The notes beneath the pieces are model-generated. The model saw only the letters and a list, made by a program, of their open reading frames with translations. It did no database searches and had not been told where the DNA came from. The translations under genes and the position numbers were made by a program. From Magnetococcales bacterium (lineage in GTDB: Bacteria; Pseudomonadota; Alphaproteobacteria; UBA2136), in the NCBI GenBank assembly GCA_002689455.1, contig NZGE01000002.1:1-57988 (forward strand): a stretch of DNA of 57,988 nucleotides, in the 5' to 3' direction. Shown here piece by piece: positions 10,286-19,417 of this stretch (the first letter of the stretch is position 1; the number at the start of each line of letters is the position of its first letter).

Positions 10286-10720
10286 CTAAATATCTTTATC
10301 GATCAATTTAGTTGTGTTTTCAGTTTGGCGCATGCTACCTGTTTCACCATAAGTTTGTACTTTAGGTTTTTTGCTTTCAACGGCACTTCTCACTAAGTTA
10401 ATAAAATCATTGGTTGCTGTGTGAGCTGCCTGTAATAGAACTGTATTTTTTCGAGCAGCCTTTTGATAGTTGTTCACAACCGTTGTAAGCTCAGGCAGTT
10501 TTTCTGTAGCTGTTTGATCTGCTTTCACTTGTGCAAAAGAAATTTTAAGGGTTGAGAGTAATTTTTCAACTTTAGCGGCAAGGTGTCGCTTTTCTTTTAA
10601 TTTTTCTTCCACTTCAGGAATTCGACGGTCTTTTAAAGCTTCATTTTCTTCAAGAAGTAAGGTTGTGAATTTTTCGCATGATTCAATCACACTTGTCACA
10701 AGTTGTACGGCTTGGGTCAT
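10286..10720 (-). CDS. FlgN-like flagellar export chaperone (tentative)
   Basis: 144 aa helical protein. The position between the rod-binding protein and flgK mirrors flgN-flgK synteny. Weak family resemblance only. Confidence 0.4.
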   Translation of the reverse strand: MTQAVQLVTSVIESCEKFTTLLLEENEALKDRRIPEVEEKLKEKRHLAAKVEKLLSTLKISFAQVKADQTATEKLPELTTVVNNYQKAARKNTVLLQAAHTATNDFINLVRSAVESKKPKVQTYGETGSMRQTENTTKLIDKDI

Positions 10721-11055
10721 TACTTTATCTCCTGTAGTTTCATAAGTTGATTATAGATGGTGTCGGAAAGTCCAACGCCACCTGCTTTTGTCATTTCATC
10801 TGCAACATATTCATTTTGAATGCGTTTAAATGCGGCTTCTGCTTGTCCGCCTCCAAACGCTTCGTTTACACCAGGGTCGGTTAGTTCCAGCATTTGGTAT
10901 AAGAAGAAAGACTCAAAATCGTCCGCTGCAATGCGTGCTTTTTCTTCAGCGCTTTTAGCTGGTGCTAAATATTGCTGATGATTTGCACTAATTGTTTTAG
11001 GTTTTGATGCAAATTGCTGTATTTCTACTGGATTGTTGAGTGTAATTCCGCTCAT
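10720..11055 (-). CDS. flagellar rod-binding protein (FlgJ N-terminal-domain type, no muramidase)
   Basis: 111 aa. DFESFFLYQMLE motif of the rod-binding family. Directly downstream of flgI. Confidence 0.7.
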   Translation of the reverse strand: MSGITLNNPVEIQQFASKPKTISANHQQYLAPAKSAEEKARIAADDFESFFLYQMLELTDPGVNEAFGGGQAEAAFKRIQNEYVADEMTKAGGVGLSDTIYNQLMKLQEIK

Positions 11056-11065
11056 TTTATACCCC

Positions 11066-12187
11066 CTACATCACTATAATTTCAGCTTGAAGTGCACCAG
11101 CCGACTTAATGGCTTGTAGAATGCTAATGATGTCTCTTGGTGTAACGCCAAGTGCATTTAAACCATCTACAAGGTCGGCAAGGTTTGCGCCAGAATCTAA
11201 AATTGTAAATTCAGCTGCATCTTCATCTACTTCAATTTCAGTTGCAGGAACTGCGGCAGTAATGCCATCGCTAAACCCTTCAGGCTGAACAACTTCAGTA
11301 AGTTCTGAAACACGAATGTTTAGGTTGGCGTGTGAGATGGCGACATCGCTAATTTGAACGCCTGATCCCATAACAATGGTACCTGTTTTTTCGTCAATAA
11401 CAATACGTGCTGCAGTGTCTGGGCGTACATAAATGTTTTCAACTTTATTGATAATTGGAACGAGGTTTCCACGTAAACTTTCAGGAATCGCAATATCAAC
11501 AGTTTGATTGTCTACAGCTAAAGCTACAGGTTCTTTGAATTCTTTGTTGATAGCTTCTTTTAAGCGCATCGCTGTTGTAAAGTCGGGGTTTCTAAGAAGT
11601 AAACGAATGCGTTTATTGTCAGAAAGTTCGTGACCTGTTTCCATTTCAACAGTCGCACCTCCAGCAATATGACCAGCTGTTGGGTGGTTTTTTGTGACTG
11701 TCCCAGCATTACCCTCAGTACTGTAACCACCAATGATAATAGAACCTTGAGCCACGGCGTATGTATTACCATCTGCGGCAATAAGCGGTGTGGCTAAAAG
11801 TTGTCCGCCTTCAAGTGAACTTGCGTCACCAAGTGAAGATGTTGTGATGTCTATACGTGAACCTTGACGTGCATAAGATGGCATTTTAGCTGTCACCATA
11901 ACAGCTGCAACGTTTTTGGTTGTGATTTTTGACTCGGCAGCTTTTGCGTTTACTCCTAATTTTTCAAGCATGTTTGTTAATGTTTGACGTGTGAAGGGGA
12001 TGGAGCTCGCGCTGTCACCTGTTCCGTTTAAGCCAACAACCAAACCATATCCAATTAAAATGTTAGTACGTACACCTTCAATATCAGCAATGTCTTTCAC
12101 GCGTGATATTGGTGCTGTTGCATGTGCCATTGGTATTGTACCTATGGCAAGACTTAAGCTGAGAATGATAGAAAAAAACTTCTTCAT
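11066..12187 (-). CDS. flgI: flagellar P-ring protein FlgI
   Basis: GYGLVVGLNGTGD signature and a signal peptide MKKFFSIILSLSLAIGTIPMAHA. The ATG at 12187 lies 4 nt after the upstream ORF stop. An alternative in-frame ATG is at 12214. Confidence 0.9.
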   Translation of the reverse strand: MKKFFSIILSLSLAIGTIPMAHATAPISRVKDIADIEGVRTNILIGYGLVVGLNGTGDSASSIPFTRQTLTNMLEKLGVNAKAAESKITTKNVAAVMVTAKMPSYARQGSRIDITTSSLGDASSLEGGQLLATPLIAADGNTYAVAQGSIIIGGYSTEGNAGTVTKNHPTAGHIAGGATVEMETGHELSDNKRIRLLLRNPDFTTAMRLKEAINKEFKEPVALAVDNQTVDIAIPESLRGNLVPIINKVENIYVRPDTAARIVIDEKTGTIVMGSGVQISDVAISHANLNIRVSELTEVVQPEGFSDGITAAVPATEIEVDEDAAEFTILDSGANLADLVDGLNALGVTPRDIISILQAIKSAGALQAEIIVM

Positions 12188-12191
12188 TTTC

Positions 12192-12377
12192 TTACCCTTT
12201 GTGGATTGTTTCAATTTTTTGGTTCATGGCTTGCAAAATTCTTTCATTGCGAATATCGAATGAAAAGGCTGATGTGATGGTTAGTGTAATAATCATCACT
12301 GTGCCAAAAGCTGTCATAATGCTTTCTTTTTGCTTAGCTGTTAATGGCTTTTTTGTATGTTTTTTTAGTGTTTTCAT
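12192..12377 (-). CDS. small membrane protein (61 aa), first gene of the flgI operon
   Basis: Strong SD (GGAGGAG, 7 nt spacer), a sigma54 promoter ~42 nt upstream, one TM helix (IMTAFGTVMIITLTITSAF). Confidence 0.5.
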   Translation of the reverse strand: MKTLKKHTKKPLTAKQKESIMTAFGTVMIITLTITSAFSFDIRNERILQAMNQKIETIHKG

Positions 12378-12418
12378 TTTATTTCTCCTCCCAAAGAATT
12401 TCGTTTCGTAAACTTAAA

Positions 12419-12434
12419 TGCATATAGCGTGCCA
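12419..12434 (-). promoter_or_regulatory. sigma54 (-24/-12) promoter for the flgI operon
   Basis: The minus strand reads TGGCAC-GCTAT-ATGCA, with GG and GC at the correct spacing. Confidence 0.55.
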
Positions 12435-12452
12435 AACTTACATTTAAAGTAA

Positions 12453-12482
12453 TAAAAAAGCCTCCAGTTGGAGGCTTTTTTC
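12453..12482 (-). terminator. rho-independent terminator
   Basis: aagcctcc-agtt-ggaggctt flanked by an A-run and a T-run. Downstream of the 114-aa gene. Confidence 0.7.
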
Positions 12483-12492
12483 GTTGTTAAAT

Positions 12493-12837
12493 CTAATTTA
12501 AGGTTTTGAATGTACCTGAAAATGTGAAAAGGTACTCCTTCCGCCACAGAGAGCCTGTAGATGAAATGTTAGCTTTATAAGTATCTATGTGAACGCAGTT
12601 ACTCTGAATTGTTTCAATGATACAATCTTCAAGTATTTGAGATAGTTCTTTGTAATGAGCGTTTTTGCCTATTTTGAATGTGCCTTTAAAATGACATACA
12701 CCGTTTATTTGGCAGTCGGTTATAATGTCTCTGACACATGCCTTAACAAATTTGTAATGCGGTTCATTTAGAGAGATAATAGCGTGGTTAAAGATTTTTC
12801 TATTTTGTGGAGGGATAGGTTTCATTGGTCTTTCCAT
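12493..12837 (-). CDS. hypothetical Cys-rich protein (114 aa)
   Basis: Has its own terminator. No recognised motif. AT-rich relative to its neighbours. Confidence 0.45.
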   Translation of the reverse strand: MERPMKPIPPQNRKIFNHAIISLNEPHYKFVKACVRDIITDCQINGVCHFKGTFKIGKNAHYKELSQILEDCIIETIQSNCVHIDTYKANISSTGSLWRKEYLFTFSGTFKTLN

Positions 12838-13042
12838 GAAAGATACCTCTATAAAAGGCTTAGATATAAAAGATATGTGTGGTTTAGGTGTTTGAAGTTT
12901 ATATTTTTAATACACTTTGTCAAAGGAATTAAAAAAAAGCTTGCAAAGACATGTTTTTATGTTAAATTTCGCCTACCTGCGTGCGTTGGTTATGTTCGCT
13001 GGCTTGTGATTAATCTCTTTTTAGAGAAAAGGAAATATAGAT

Positions 13043-13258
13043 ATGAAAAAAGGCATTCACCCAGAGTACCACACAATTAAAGTAATTATGACAGATGGAA
13101 CAGAGTTTGAAACTCGTTCAACATTTGGTAAAGAAGGCGAAGAAATGCGCCTATCGGTAGACCCTCTATCTCACCCGGCTTACACAGGCCGTCGTCGTGA
13201 GCTTGACACTGAAGGTCGCGTTGATAAGTTCCGTAACCGTTATGGTATGAAGAAGTAA
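13043..13258 (+). CDS. rpmE: 50S ribosomal protein L31 (Cys-less type)
   Basis: [27 protein letters not shown]...[11 protein letters not shown] is the classical L31 pattern without the CxxC zinc ligands. Confidence 0.9.
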   Translation: MKKGIHPEYHTIKVIMTDGTEFETRSTFGKEGEEMRLSVDPLSHPAYTGRRRELDTEGRVDKFRNRYGMKK

Positions 13259-13278
13259 TACGTAATATGTATTCTTTA

Positions 13279-13305
13279 AAAGCAGGCTTTATGCCTGCTT
13301 TTTAT
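13279..13305 (+). terminator. rho-independent terminator of rpmE
   Basis: agcaggc-tttat-gcctgct followed by a T-run. Confidence 0.7.
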
Positions 13306-13340
13306 TTGAATGTATTTTTACTATATAAAGTTTTGCGTGC

Positions 13341-13366
13341 AAAAAAAGCCCCTGTTTGGGGCTTTT
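13341..13366 (-). terminator. rho-independent terminator of cheW
   Basis: aagcccc-tgttt-ggggctt, with the A-run on + giving a T-tract on the minus strand. Confidence 0.65.
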
Positions 13367-13385
13367 GAATACTGTAAATAAAGGT

Positions 13386-13919
13386 TTAGATATTTGCTAA
13401 ATTTTCCATCTCTTTGTTGCTGAACACACGTTCAAGGTCAACTAAGATGATCATTTTTTCATTGTAGTGTGCAATTCCTTGAATATACTCAGCACCAATA
13501 CCAGAAGATACAATTTGTGGTGCAGGGTTTACAGTTTCAGAAGGAATACGTAGTACTTCGTTAACGCCATCAACAATTAATCCAATTAGGTTTTTATTGA
13601 TCTCAACAACAACAATACGTGTGTCTTCATCTGCTACACTACTTTCAAGGTTAAAGCGCTTACGTAAATCAATAACAGGTAAAATTTGACCACGAAGGTT
13701 AATAACACCTTCAACAAAGTCTGGTGAGTGTGGTACAGGAGTTACTTCAACCATTCGAATAATTTCACGAACATCAAGGATTGGCAATCCAAACTCTTCG
13801 CCAACAAGGTTAAATGTTACAAGCTGTAGTAAAACATCACTTGAACGAACGCCACGTTCCCCTTGAGAATGATTTGATAATTCACGACCGCCATTATTTG
13901 CTTCAACCATTGCACTCAT
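13386..13919 (-). CDS. cheW: chemotaxis coupling protein CheW
   Basis: CheW-like domain (LVTFNLVGEEFGLPILDVREI...INLRGQILPVIDLR) preceded by a ~35-aa N-terminal extension. Confidence 0.85.
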   Translation of the reverse strand: MSAMVEANNGGRELSNHSQGERGVRSSDVLLQLVTFNLVGEEFGLPILDVREIIRMVEVTPVPHSPDFVEGVINLRGQILPVIDLRKRFNLESSVADEDTRIVVVEINKNLIGLIVDGVNEVLRIPSETVNPAPQIVSSGIGAEYIQGIAHYNEKMIILVDLERVFSNKEMENLANI

Positions 13920-14045
13920 GTTGCTATTAGCCTTTTCTTTTAGTTTTTTTATTTTTTATCTTCTCATAATGTTATGGTGTTTCAAAGAGGATTTTACAAG
14001 TTTAGGCGTATAAAAACGATGATTCTTTATTCATCTGATGAAGTA

Positions 14046-14061
14046 TGGCATAATTTTAGCA
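14046..14061 (+). promoter_or_regulatory. candidate sigma54 promoter for fliI-fliJ
   Basis: TGGCAT-AATTT-TAGCA with GG/GC at the -24/-12 spacing, 45 nt upstream of the fliI ATG. Confidence 0.45.
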
Positions 14062-14105
14062 TTCTAAGTAACACTATAGTAATATAATAAAGCCGAGCCC
14101 TGTAT

Positions 14106-15446
14106 ATGAACGAAATATTTCAAGAATTAATTGACCATGTAGATGAAATTGAACTGACCAGAACCTTTGGGACGGTTACCAGTGCAAGCGGCTTGGTGTT
14201 AACTTGTAAAGGGTTGGAACGAACAACAATTGGTAGCCGCTGTACAATTGAAAATATTGACGGCATCAAACATGCCGCAGAAGTTGTTGGCTATAAAGAT
14301 GATGAAGTTTTATTAATGCCATATGGCTCTATGGAAGGTTTTGGGCCGCACTGCCGTGTTTTTGTAGAAAAAGATGGTTTGAGTGCTAAAATTAATGATT
14401 CATATTTAGGGCGTGTTGTAAATGCTTTGGGTGAACCAATTGATGGAAAGGGTTCTATAAAGCGTACAGGTCAGCCTTGTTCTTTAAAAAGGAAGCCTCC
14501 GTCACCTGGACAGCGCAAAGCTGTTGGTGCAAAATTAGATGTAGGTGTTCGGGCTTTAAATACATTTGTACCTATTTGCGAAGGGCAGCGTTTAGGTATT
14601 TTTTCAGGATCAGGCGTTGGTAAATCGGTTTTGATGTCAATGATTGCTAAATTCTGCGAAGCTGATATTAATGTGATTGGATTGGTCGGCGAACGTGGTC
14701 GTGAGGTTAAAGAGTTTATTGAGCAAAACCTTGGGGAAGAAGGCCTGAAAAAGTCAGTTGTTATTGTTGCAACGGGCGATGAACCACCACTCATGCGCCG
14801 TCAAGCTGCATATATGGCAATGACAGTTGCTGAATATTTCAGGGATCAAGGTAAAAAAGTAATGTTATTTATGGATAGCGTTACACGTTTTGCTATGGCT
14901 CAGCGTGAAGTTGGTTTAAGCGCAGGTGAACCGCCAACAACACGCGGTTTTACACCTTCTGTTTTTTCTGAACTGCCAAGGCTTTTAGAGCGTGCAGGTC
15001 AAAATGAAGAAGGTAAAGAAGGGTCTATAACGGGTATCTTTACAGTCTTAGTTGAAGGCGGTGATATGGATGAACCCGTTGCCGACAGCGTACGCGGTAT
15101 TGTCGATGGTCACATTTTGTTAGATAGGTCCTTGGCCGAGCGTGGGCATTTCCCAGCGATTGATGTTTTAAAGTCGGTTTCTCGTATGCTTCCAAATTGT
15201 CATAACAGTGAGGAGTTAACGCTTATGAAGCGTGCAAGACAGCTTCTTTCAACGTATTCAGATATGGAAGAGCTTATCCGCCTTGGGGCTTATGCAAAAG
15301 GCAGTGATACACGTATTGATGAGTCGATAGATTATCATGATGCTTTAGAGACTTATCTAACACAAGGTCACCGTGAACATACAAATGTTGAAGCTGGATT
15401 TACTATGCTTTCAGGTATTCTAGGTAAAGGTAAAGAAGGTGTTTAG
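14106..15446 (+). CDS. fliI: flagellum-specific ATPase FliI
   Basis: Walker A GSGVGKS, Walker B VMLFMDS. F1/T3SS-ATPase architecture throughout. Confidence 0.95.
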   Translation: MNEIFQELIDHVDEIELTRTFGTVTSASGLVLTCKGLERTTIGSRCTIENIDGIKHAAEVVGYKDDEVLLMPYGSMEGFGPHCRVFVEKDGLSAKINDSYLGRVVNALGEPIDGKGSIKRTGQPCSLKRKPPSPGQRKAVGAKLDVGVRALNTFVPICEGQRLGIFSGSGVGKSVLMSMIAKFCEADINVIGLVGERGREVKEFIEQNLGEEGLKKSVVIVATGDEPPLMRRQAAYMAMTVAEYFRDQGKKVMLFMDSVTRFAMAQREVGLSAGEPPTTRGFTPSVFSELPRLLERAGQNEEGKEGSITGIFTVLVEGGDMDEPVADSVRGIVDGHILLDRSLAERGHFPAIDVLKSVSRMLPNCHNSEELTLMKRARQLLSTYSDMEELIRLGAYAKGSDTRIDESIDYHDALETYLTQGHREHTNVEAGFTMLSGILGKGKEGV

Positions 15447-15449
15447 TAA

Positions 15450-15878
15450 ATGAAAACGTTACAATCACTTTATAAAATAGCCACTAAAAAAGTGGAAGAA
15501 TCACAAGAGGAAATTGCAAAGATTGTTGACGTTATGCAGCAAATGGATGATCGTGAACGAAAGTTGTTAAATCAAATTGACTATGAATATGGAAACGCAA
15601 CAAGCCAAAGTGATGCGTTACTTTATAGTTTTGCTGGCAAGTTTAGTGAAAAGTCCAAAGATGAAATTGAAGATATTAAAAAAGCACGTGTAGATGCAAA
15701 AAAAATATTGGCAGAAAAGCGTGAAAAACTACGTGTACGTTTTGCTGAACAAAAGCGTTATGAAATTTTAATTGAACGCAAAAGACTGGAATTTAAAAAG
15801 TCTGAACAGAAAAAAGAGCAAGCAGAGTTAGATGAATTAAGCTCAGTGCGTCATATTTTAAGTGAGGCTGATTCTTAA
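15450..15878 (+). CDS. fliJ: flagellar export protein FliJ
   Basis: 142-aa coiled-coil protein starting 3 nt after fliI, the conserved fliI-fliJ arrangement. Confidence 0.6.
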   Translation: MKTLQSLYKIATKKVEESQEEIAKIVDVMQQMDDRERKLLNQIDYEYGNATSQSDALLYSFAGKFSEKSKDEIEDIKKARVDAKKILAEKREKLRVRFAEQKRYEILIERKRLEFKKSEQKKEQAELDELSSVRHILSEADS

Positions 15879-16240
15879 ATAAGTTTTTCAACTTCAGGTG
15901 GGAGTTTGTAGTTGGGTTGTGTTTCAATCATTTGAATACGCTGAATTTCCCCTGTAGTTTCATGTCGGACGGTAATGTCTAGTTTGGCAAAGAAGGGTAG
16001 CGCGGCTTTATAAAAGTCTTCAATAACTTTATTCGCAAAAGATTCAATAGACGAACTTTCAGAAAACTCTTTTTCAATTTTTTTAATGTGGATTGTAAAG
16101 CTTTCTTTCTCAACAATTTCACGGTCAGGCACGTAAGAAAAGTGTACTTCTGCATTGTTAAATTTAAAAACACCTTTGCTTTTAAAGCATAATAGTGCGT
16201 TTTTTCCCTTTAAAGGGTTTGGTTTAACAGTTAATTGCAT
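15875..16240 (-). CDS. hypothetical protein with weak QueF/T-fold resemblance (121 aa)
   Basis: The CFKSKG...HFSYVPDREIVEKES segment loosely resembles the QueF Cys and YIPD..VE.KS region. Recalled from memory, not verified. Confidence 0.3.
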   Translation of the reverse strand: MQLTVKPNPLKGKNALLCFKSKGVFKFNNAEVHFSYVPDREIVEKESFTIHIKKIEKEFSESSSIESFANKVIEDFYKAALPFFAKLDITVRHETTGEIQRIQMIETQPNYKLPPEVEKLI

Positions 16241-16322
16241 CAGATTATGTCTCCATTTTTTACAGGAGATATCTTATAGTGTAATAGTGTTTTCTGCAAT
16301 GAAACTTGTGTAAACAAAGCTT

Positions 16323-17252
16323 TTAGAAGCGAGATTTTTCAGTTCCAGGAGGTGCTTTAACATATGCATGTGCCTGACTGTGTTCTTTAACAGCTTTGAA
16401 TATGTGCCTATGGCTATATAAGTTTTCACTGTGTCCAGCAATTAAAAAGCCATCTTCTTGAATAGAATTATAAATGTTTTTAAGTGCTTTTTCTTTAGAG
16501 TCTTCATCAAAGTAAATAAGGACATTTCGGCAGAACGCAAAATCAAACTTCCCAAGCATTCGAATGCGGTCAGAATCCATTAAATTACATTCTTGAAACT
16601 TCACCATGTTACGGACTTCTTGTTTAAGTGTGTGGACATGTCCATCGGTTGATGCTGTGAAGTATTGTGCTAACATATCAAGTGGAATATTACGAATGGC
16701 ATATTTACGATATTCACCTTTTAAAGCTTTATCAATTGCATCGCGGCAAATATCTGTTCCAACAATTTCAAATTGCATGCCACGTGCTTCTGGAATTGAT
16801 AACAACTGTAAAGCCATTGTGTATGCTTCGTCCCCTGTTGAAGAAGCGCAGCTCCATAGACGAATTTTATTTTTACCCTCTAACTTACGTTTACGTAAAA
16901 GTGGAATTAAAAACTCTTTTTCAAACAACGCAAGTTGAGGCTCATTTCTAAAAAAGAATGTTTCATTGATTGTTACTTCATCCATCAGTTTGTGATATTC
17001 GGTTTGTTTAGCTGTTGGCGATTGTAAAAATTGTAAATATTCGTTAAAGCCTTTTAAGCCAAGGTCTTCATACCTTTTTTGAAGCTTTGATGATAAAAAA
17101 TAGTTCTTGGCTACCTGAAAGCGTATACCAGAAATTTGGTAAATAAGGTCGCTAAATTTGTTGAATAAATCAGGTGCTAACAGTTCCTTTTTTGCCGTTG
17201 TTTGGGCATTAAGTTCTTGTTGTCTTTCTCTGGCTTGTTGCAGCAGGCTCAA
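16323..17252 (-). CDS. cheR: chemotaxis protein methyltransferase CheR
   Basis: ETFFFRN, RLWSCASSTGDEAY and FCRNVLIYFD motifs of the CheR SAM-binding domain. Confidence 0.85.
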   Translation of the reverse strand: MSLLQQARERQQELNAQTTAKKELLAPDLFNKFSDLIYQISGIRFQVAKNYFLSSKLQKRYEDLGLKGFNEYLQFLQSPTAKQTEYHKLMDEVTINETFFFRNEPQLALFEKEFLIPLLRKRKLEGKNKIRLWSCASSTGDEAYTMALQLLSIPEARGMQFEIVGTDICRDAIDKALKGEYRKYAIRNIPLDMLAQYFTASTDGHVHTLKQEVRNMVKFQECNLMDSDRIRMLGKFDFAFCRNVLIYFDEDSKEKALKNIYNSIQEDGFLIAGHSENLYSHRHIFKAVKEHSQAHAYVKAPPGTEKSRF

Positions 17253-17336
17253 GTGTATAATCTCTTTTTTATTTTTATAAAGTATATAACCTATTTACAT
17301 ATTTTGGGGGTTTAAGAATAGATTTACAAGTGTTTT

Positions 17337-19379
17337 TTAAATGCTTTGTATGTGGTTATTCAGCACACCAAGCGCTAAGTTAATAGGTTTTTCTAGCTTT
17401 TTGTCGCTTACATAGGTTTCAATTCCACCTGTATAACCCATATTTTCCAACGTTTGTCCTACAATAGACTTTAGCATGAGTATCTCCTGTTCATCTAATG
17501 AGGCTTCAGTTGTTAATTTAAGGTTTATATTCTTTTCTTGAATGTATCCATCAAGCTGTGTTTCACCTAAGCCATTTAAATGAACGTGCGTTAAAAAACG
17601 AGTCCCTGTTATTTTACCTGAATCGTCTTCACTTTGATGCCAGAAAAATCCACCTTGTTTGGGGTCATCACTATCATTTTCAAGGTATGGGAAAATAAGA
17701 GCTCTCCAGTTTTCAGGTGTTTCGGTGTTTTTTTGTGTGGCATTGTGAATGCCAGTTAAATCATGCGAAAAATCAATACCAATTGCTTTTAAAAGGTTGA
17801 GTGTTTCATCGCCTGCAAGTCTTTGTAGGTTTTGATGGTTAACACTATCAATAAAAGAAATTAACTTTGGTAAGAAGCTTTCTTTTCCAATGTGGGGTAT
17901 GTTTTCTTTTAAGTGTTGAGCACTTTCCGGATGAAGTTTTTGCAGGGTTTCAATGCTTTGTTTTAAGTTGTGCCATTGATTTGCTATTTCTGTAAGTGTT
18001 GTGGCTTTACTTAATGTTTGAGGGATACTTTGCGGTAAAATTTCAAGAAGGCCATCGTCATTTAAAATAACTTGTACCTTAGTACCGCTTGGTAGTGGTA
18101 AAGGGGTTTTAACTTCCGCTAACACTCCATTTTCAAGCTTAATGGATGCTAAGCTAGAATTAACGTTACTTGTAACTTGTGCGGTAATGGGCTGGTTTTT
18201 AGGTGTTTGAATTTGTACTGCTTTGGGGATGTTTTGATTGGGTAAAGCTTCGCTTAAAACTTGTTTAACAACAAAGCCTTGATTTGTGTTTTGTAGCTGT
18301 AGAGGTGTGTTTTTGGGGATATCTACTTGAGAAATAATCTCGAATTTTTGACCTGAAGGACTATTAAACATAGTTTTAAATTGGGGGATTGTTTCTTGTG
18401 TTCTGTGACCTGAAGTATTGGTTATATTTTGTGTTAAAGGGGGTAAAGGTTCTGATGCCTCTGAGTTTTGTACATGAAGTAAAGAACCTTGAGGTAGTGG
18501 GTTTGTTGGCTGGCTTACCTTTGCACTTAAAATAATCGCTTGCGACTGTATAGGCGTTAAATTGGGCTTAAGGGTAGAATTTTGTATGTTTGCAGTGCTT
18601 TGATTTGTAGGATCTATACTTCCCTTGGGTGGAGTGATTTCTAAAATTTTTGCCTGTGCATTGTTGATGTTTAATTTTAAAATGGTTTGTTCAGGTACAT
18701 TTACATTAAAGCTTGCTTTAAAACTAGGGAGAGGGCTGTTTGGTTGCTGAGGTCTTAGTGTTTGTTGTCCGTTTTCATTTTTTGAAACAACAACAGTTAA
18801 TGCATTTTGAGTAGCTGGAAGAGGCTTACCATCTAAACTTTTAACAGGAATATTCTGACCAACTAAAGGGCGAAGTCTTGCAAAAGGATCCTCTTTGGGA
18901 GGTTCTGAGATTTTTGTGGCTGTTTGATTAAGGTTTTGGTTTGTTATTTGTGGTTGTTCAGTTGTTGTTCTTGACACATTTGTTTGTTGTGGGGCTGTGT
19001 TTTTATGCCCTAAAGTATGGTGATTGTTTTGTTGGGTAGGTGTTTGAGACCCTTTTTCTTGCGCAGAATTTTGGGGTGTTTCTTTGAAGGTATCAACCAC
19101 CATTTCAGTTAATTTAGTCTCACCGGTTTTAAGTTGAATAAATGATATTTGGCTGCCTATTTTAGGGGGTGGGGTTATTTGCGCATCAACGGTTTTACCA
19201 GATTGTAAGGAAATTTTATATGTTCCATCTGAATTTTGGCTTTCAACCTTTCCTTTAATCACTTTTCCTTGCAAGTTTTCAGGTAAAGGGGTTTTAAGTT
19301 GAATTGAAGCGTCTTTAGGTACACCTTTGGATGATGCGTTGGCAATTTGTGCGGCAATTTCATTTCCAATATGTACCAT
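17337..19379 (-). CDS. FliK-like flagellar hook-length control protein (tentative)
   Basis: 680 aa. Long Q/N/P/T-rich low-complexity centre. The C-terminal segment (FLTHVHLNGLGETQLDGYI..NINLKL...LKSIVGQTLENMGY) fits the FliK C-domain pattern. Has its own sigma54 promoter. Confidence 0.45.
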   Translation of the reverse strand: MVHIGNEIAAQIANASSKGVPKDASIQLKTPLPENLQGKVIKGKVESQNSDGTYKISLQSGKTVDAQITPPPKIGSQISFIQLKTGETKLTEMVVDTFKETPQNSAQEKGSQTPTQQNNHHTLGHKNTAPQQTNVSRTTTEQPQITNQNLNQTATKISEPPKEDPFARLRPLVGQNIPVKSLDGKPLPATQNALTVVVSKNENGQQTLRPQQPNSPLPSFKASFNVNVPEQTILKLNINNAQAKILEITPPKGSIDPTNQSTANIQNSTLKPNLTPIQSQAIILSAKVSQPTNPLPQGSLLHVQNSEASEPLPPLTQNITNTSGHRTQETIPQFKTMFNSPSGQKFEIISQVDIPKNTPLQLQNTNQGFVVKQVLSEALPNQNIPKAVQIQTPKNQPITAQVTSNVNSSLASIKLENGVLAEVKTPLPLPSGTKVQVILNDDGLLEILPQSIPQTLSKATTLTEIANQWHNLKQSIETLQKLHPESAQHLKENIPHIGKESFLPKLISFIDSVNHQNLQRLAGDETLNLLKAIGIDFSHDLTGIHNATQKNTETPENWRALIFPYLENDSDDPKQGGFFWHQSEDDSGKITGTRFLTHVHLNGLGETQLDGYIQEKNINLKLTTEASLDEQEILMLKSIVGQTLENMGYTGGIETYVSDKKLEKPINLALGVLNNHIQSI

Positions 19380-19417
19380 AATGCTACCCTTATAATTTTA
19401 TATGTATGATAGCTATA

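Noticed and set aside
12784-13080. 98-aa plus-strand ORF spanning the intergenic region into rpmE
   Set aside because: It crosses the rpmE start in another frame and overlaps the 5-prime end of the divergent 114-aa gene. Its basic, low-complexity translation suggests it is non-coding promoter DNA.
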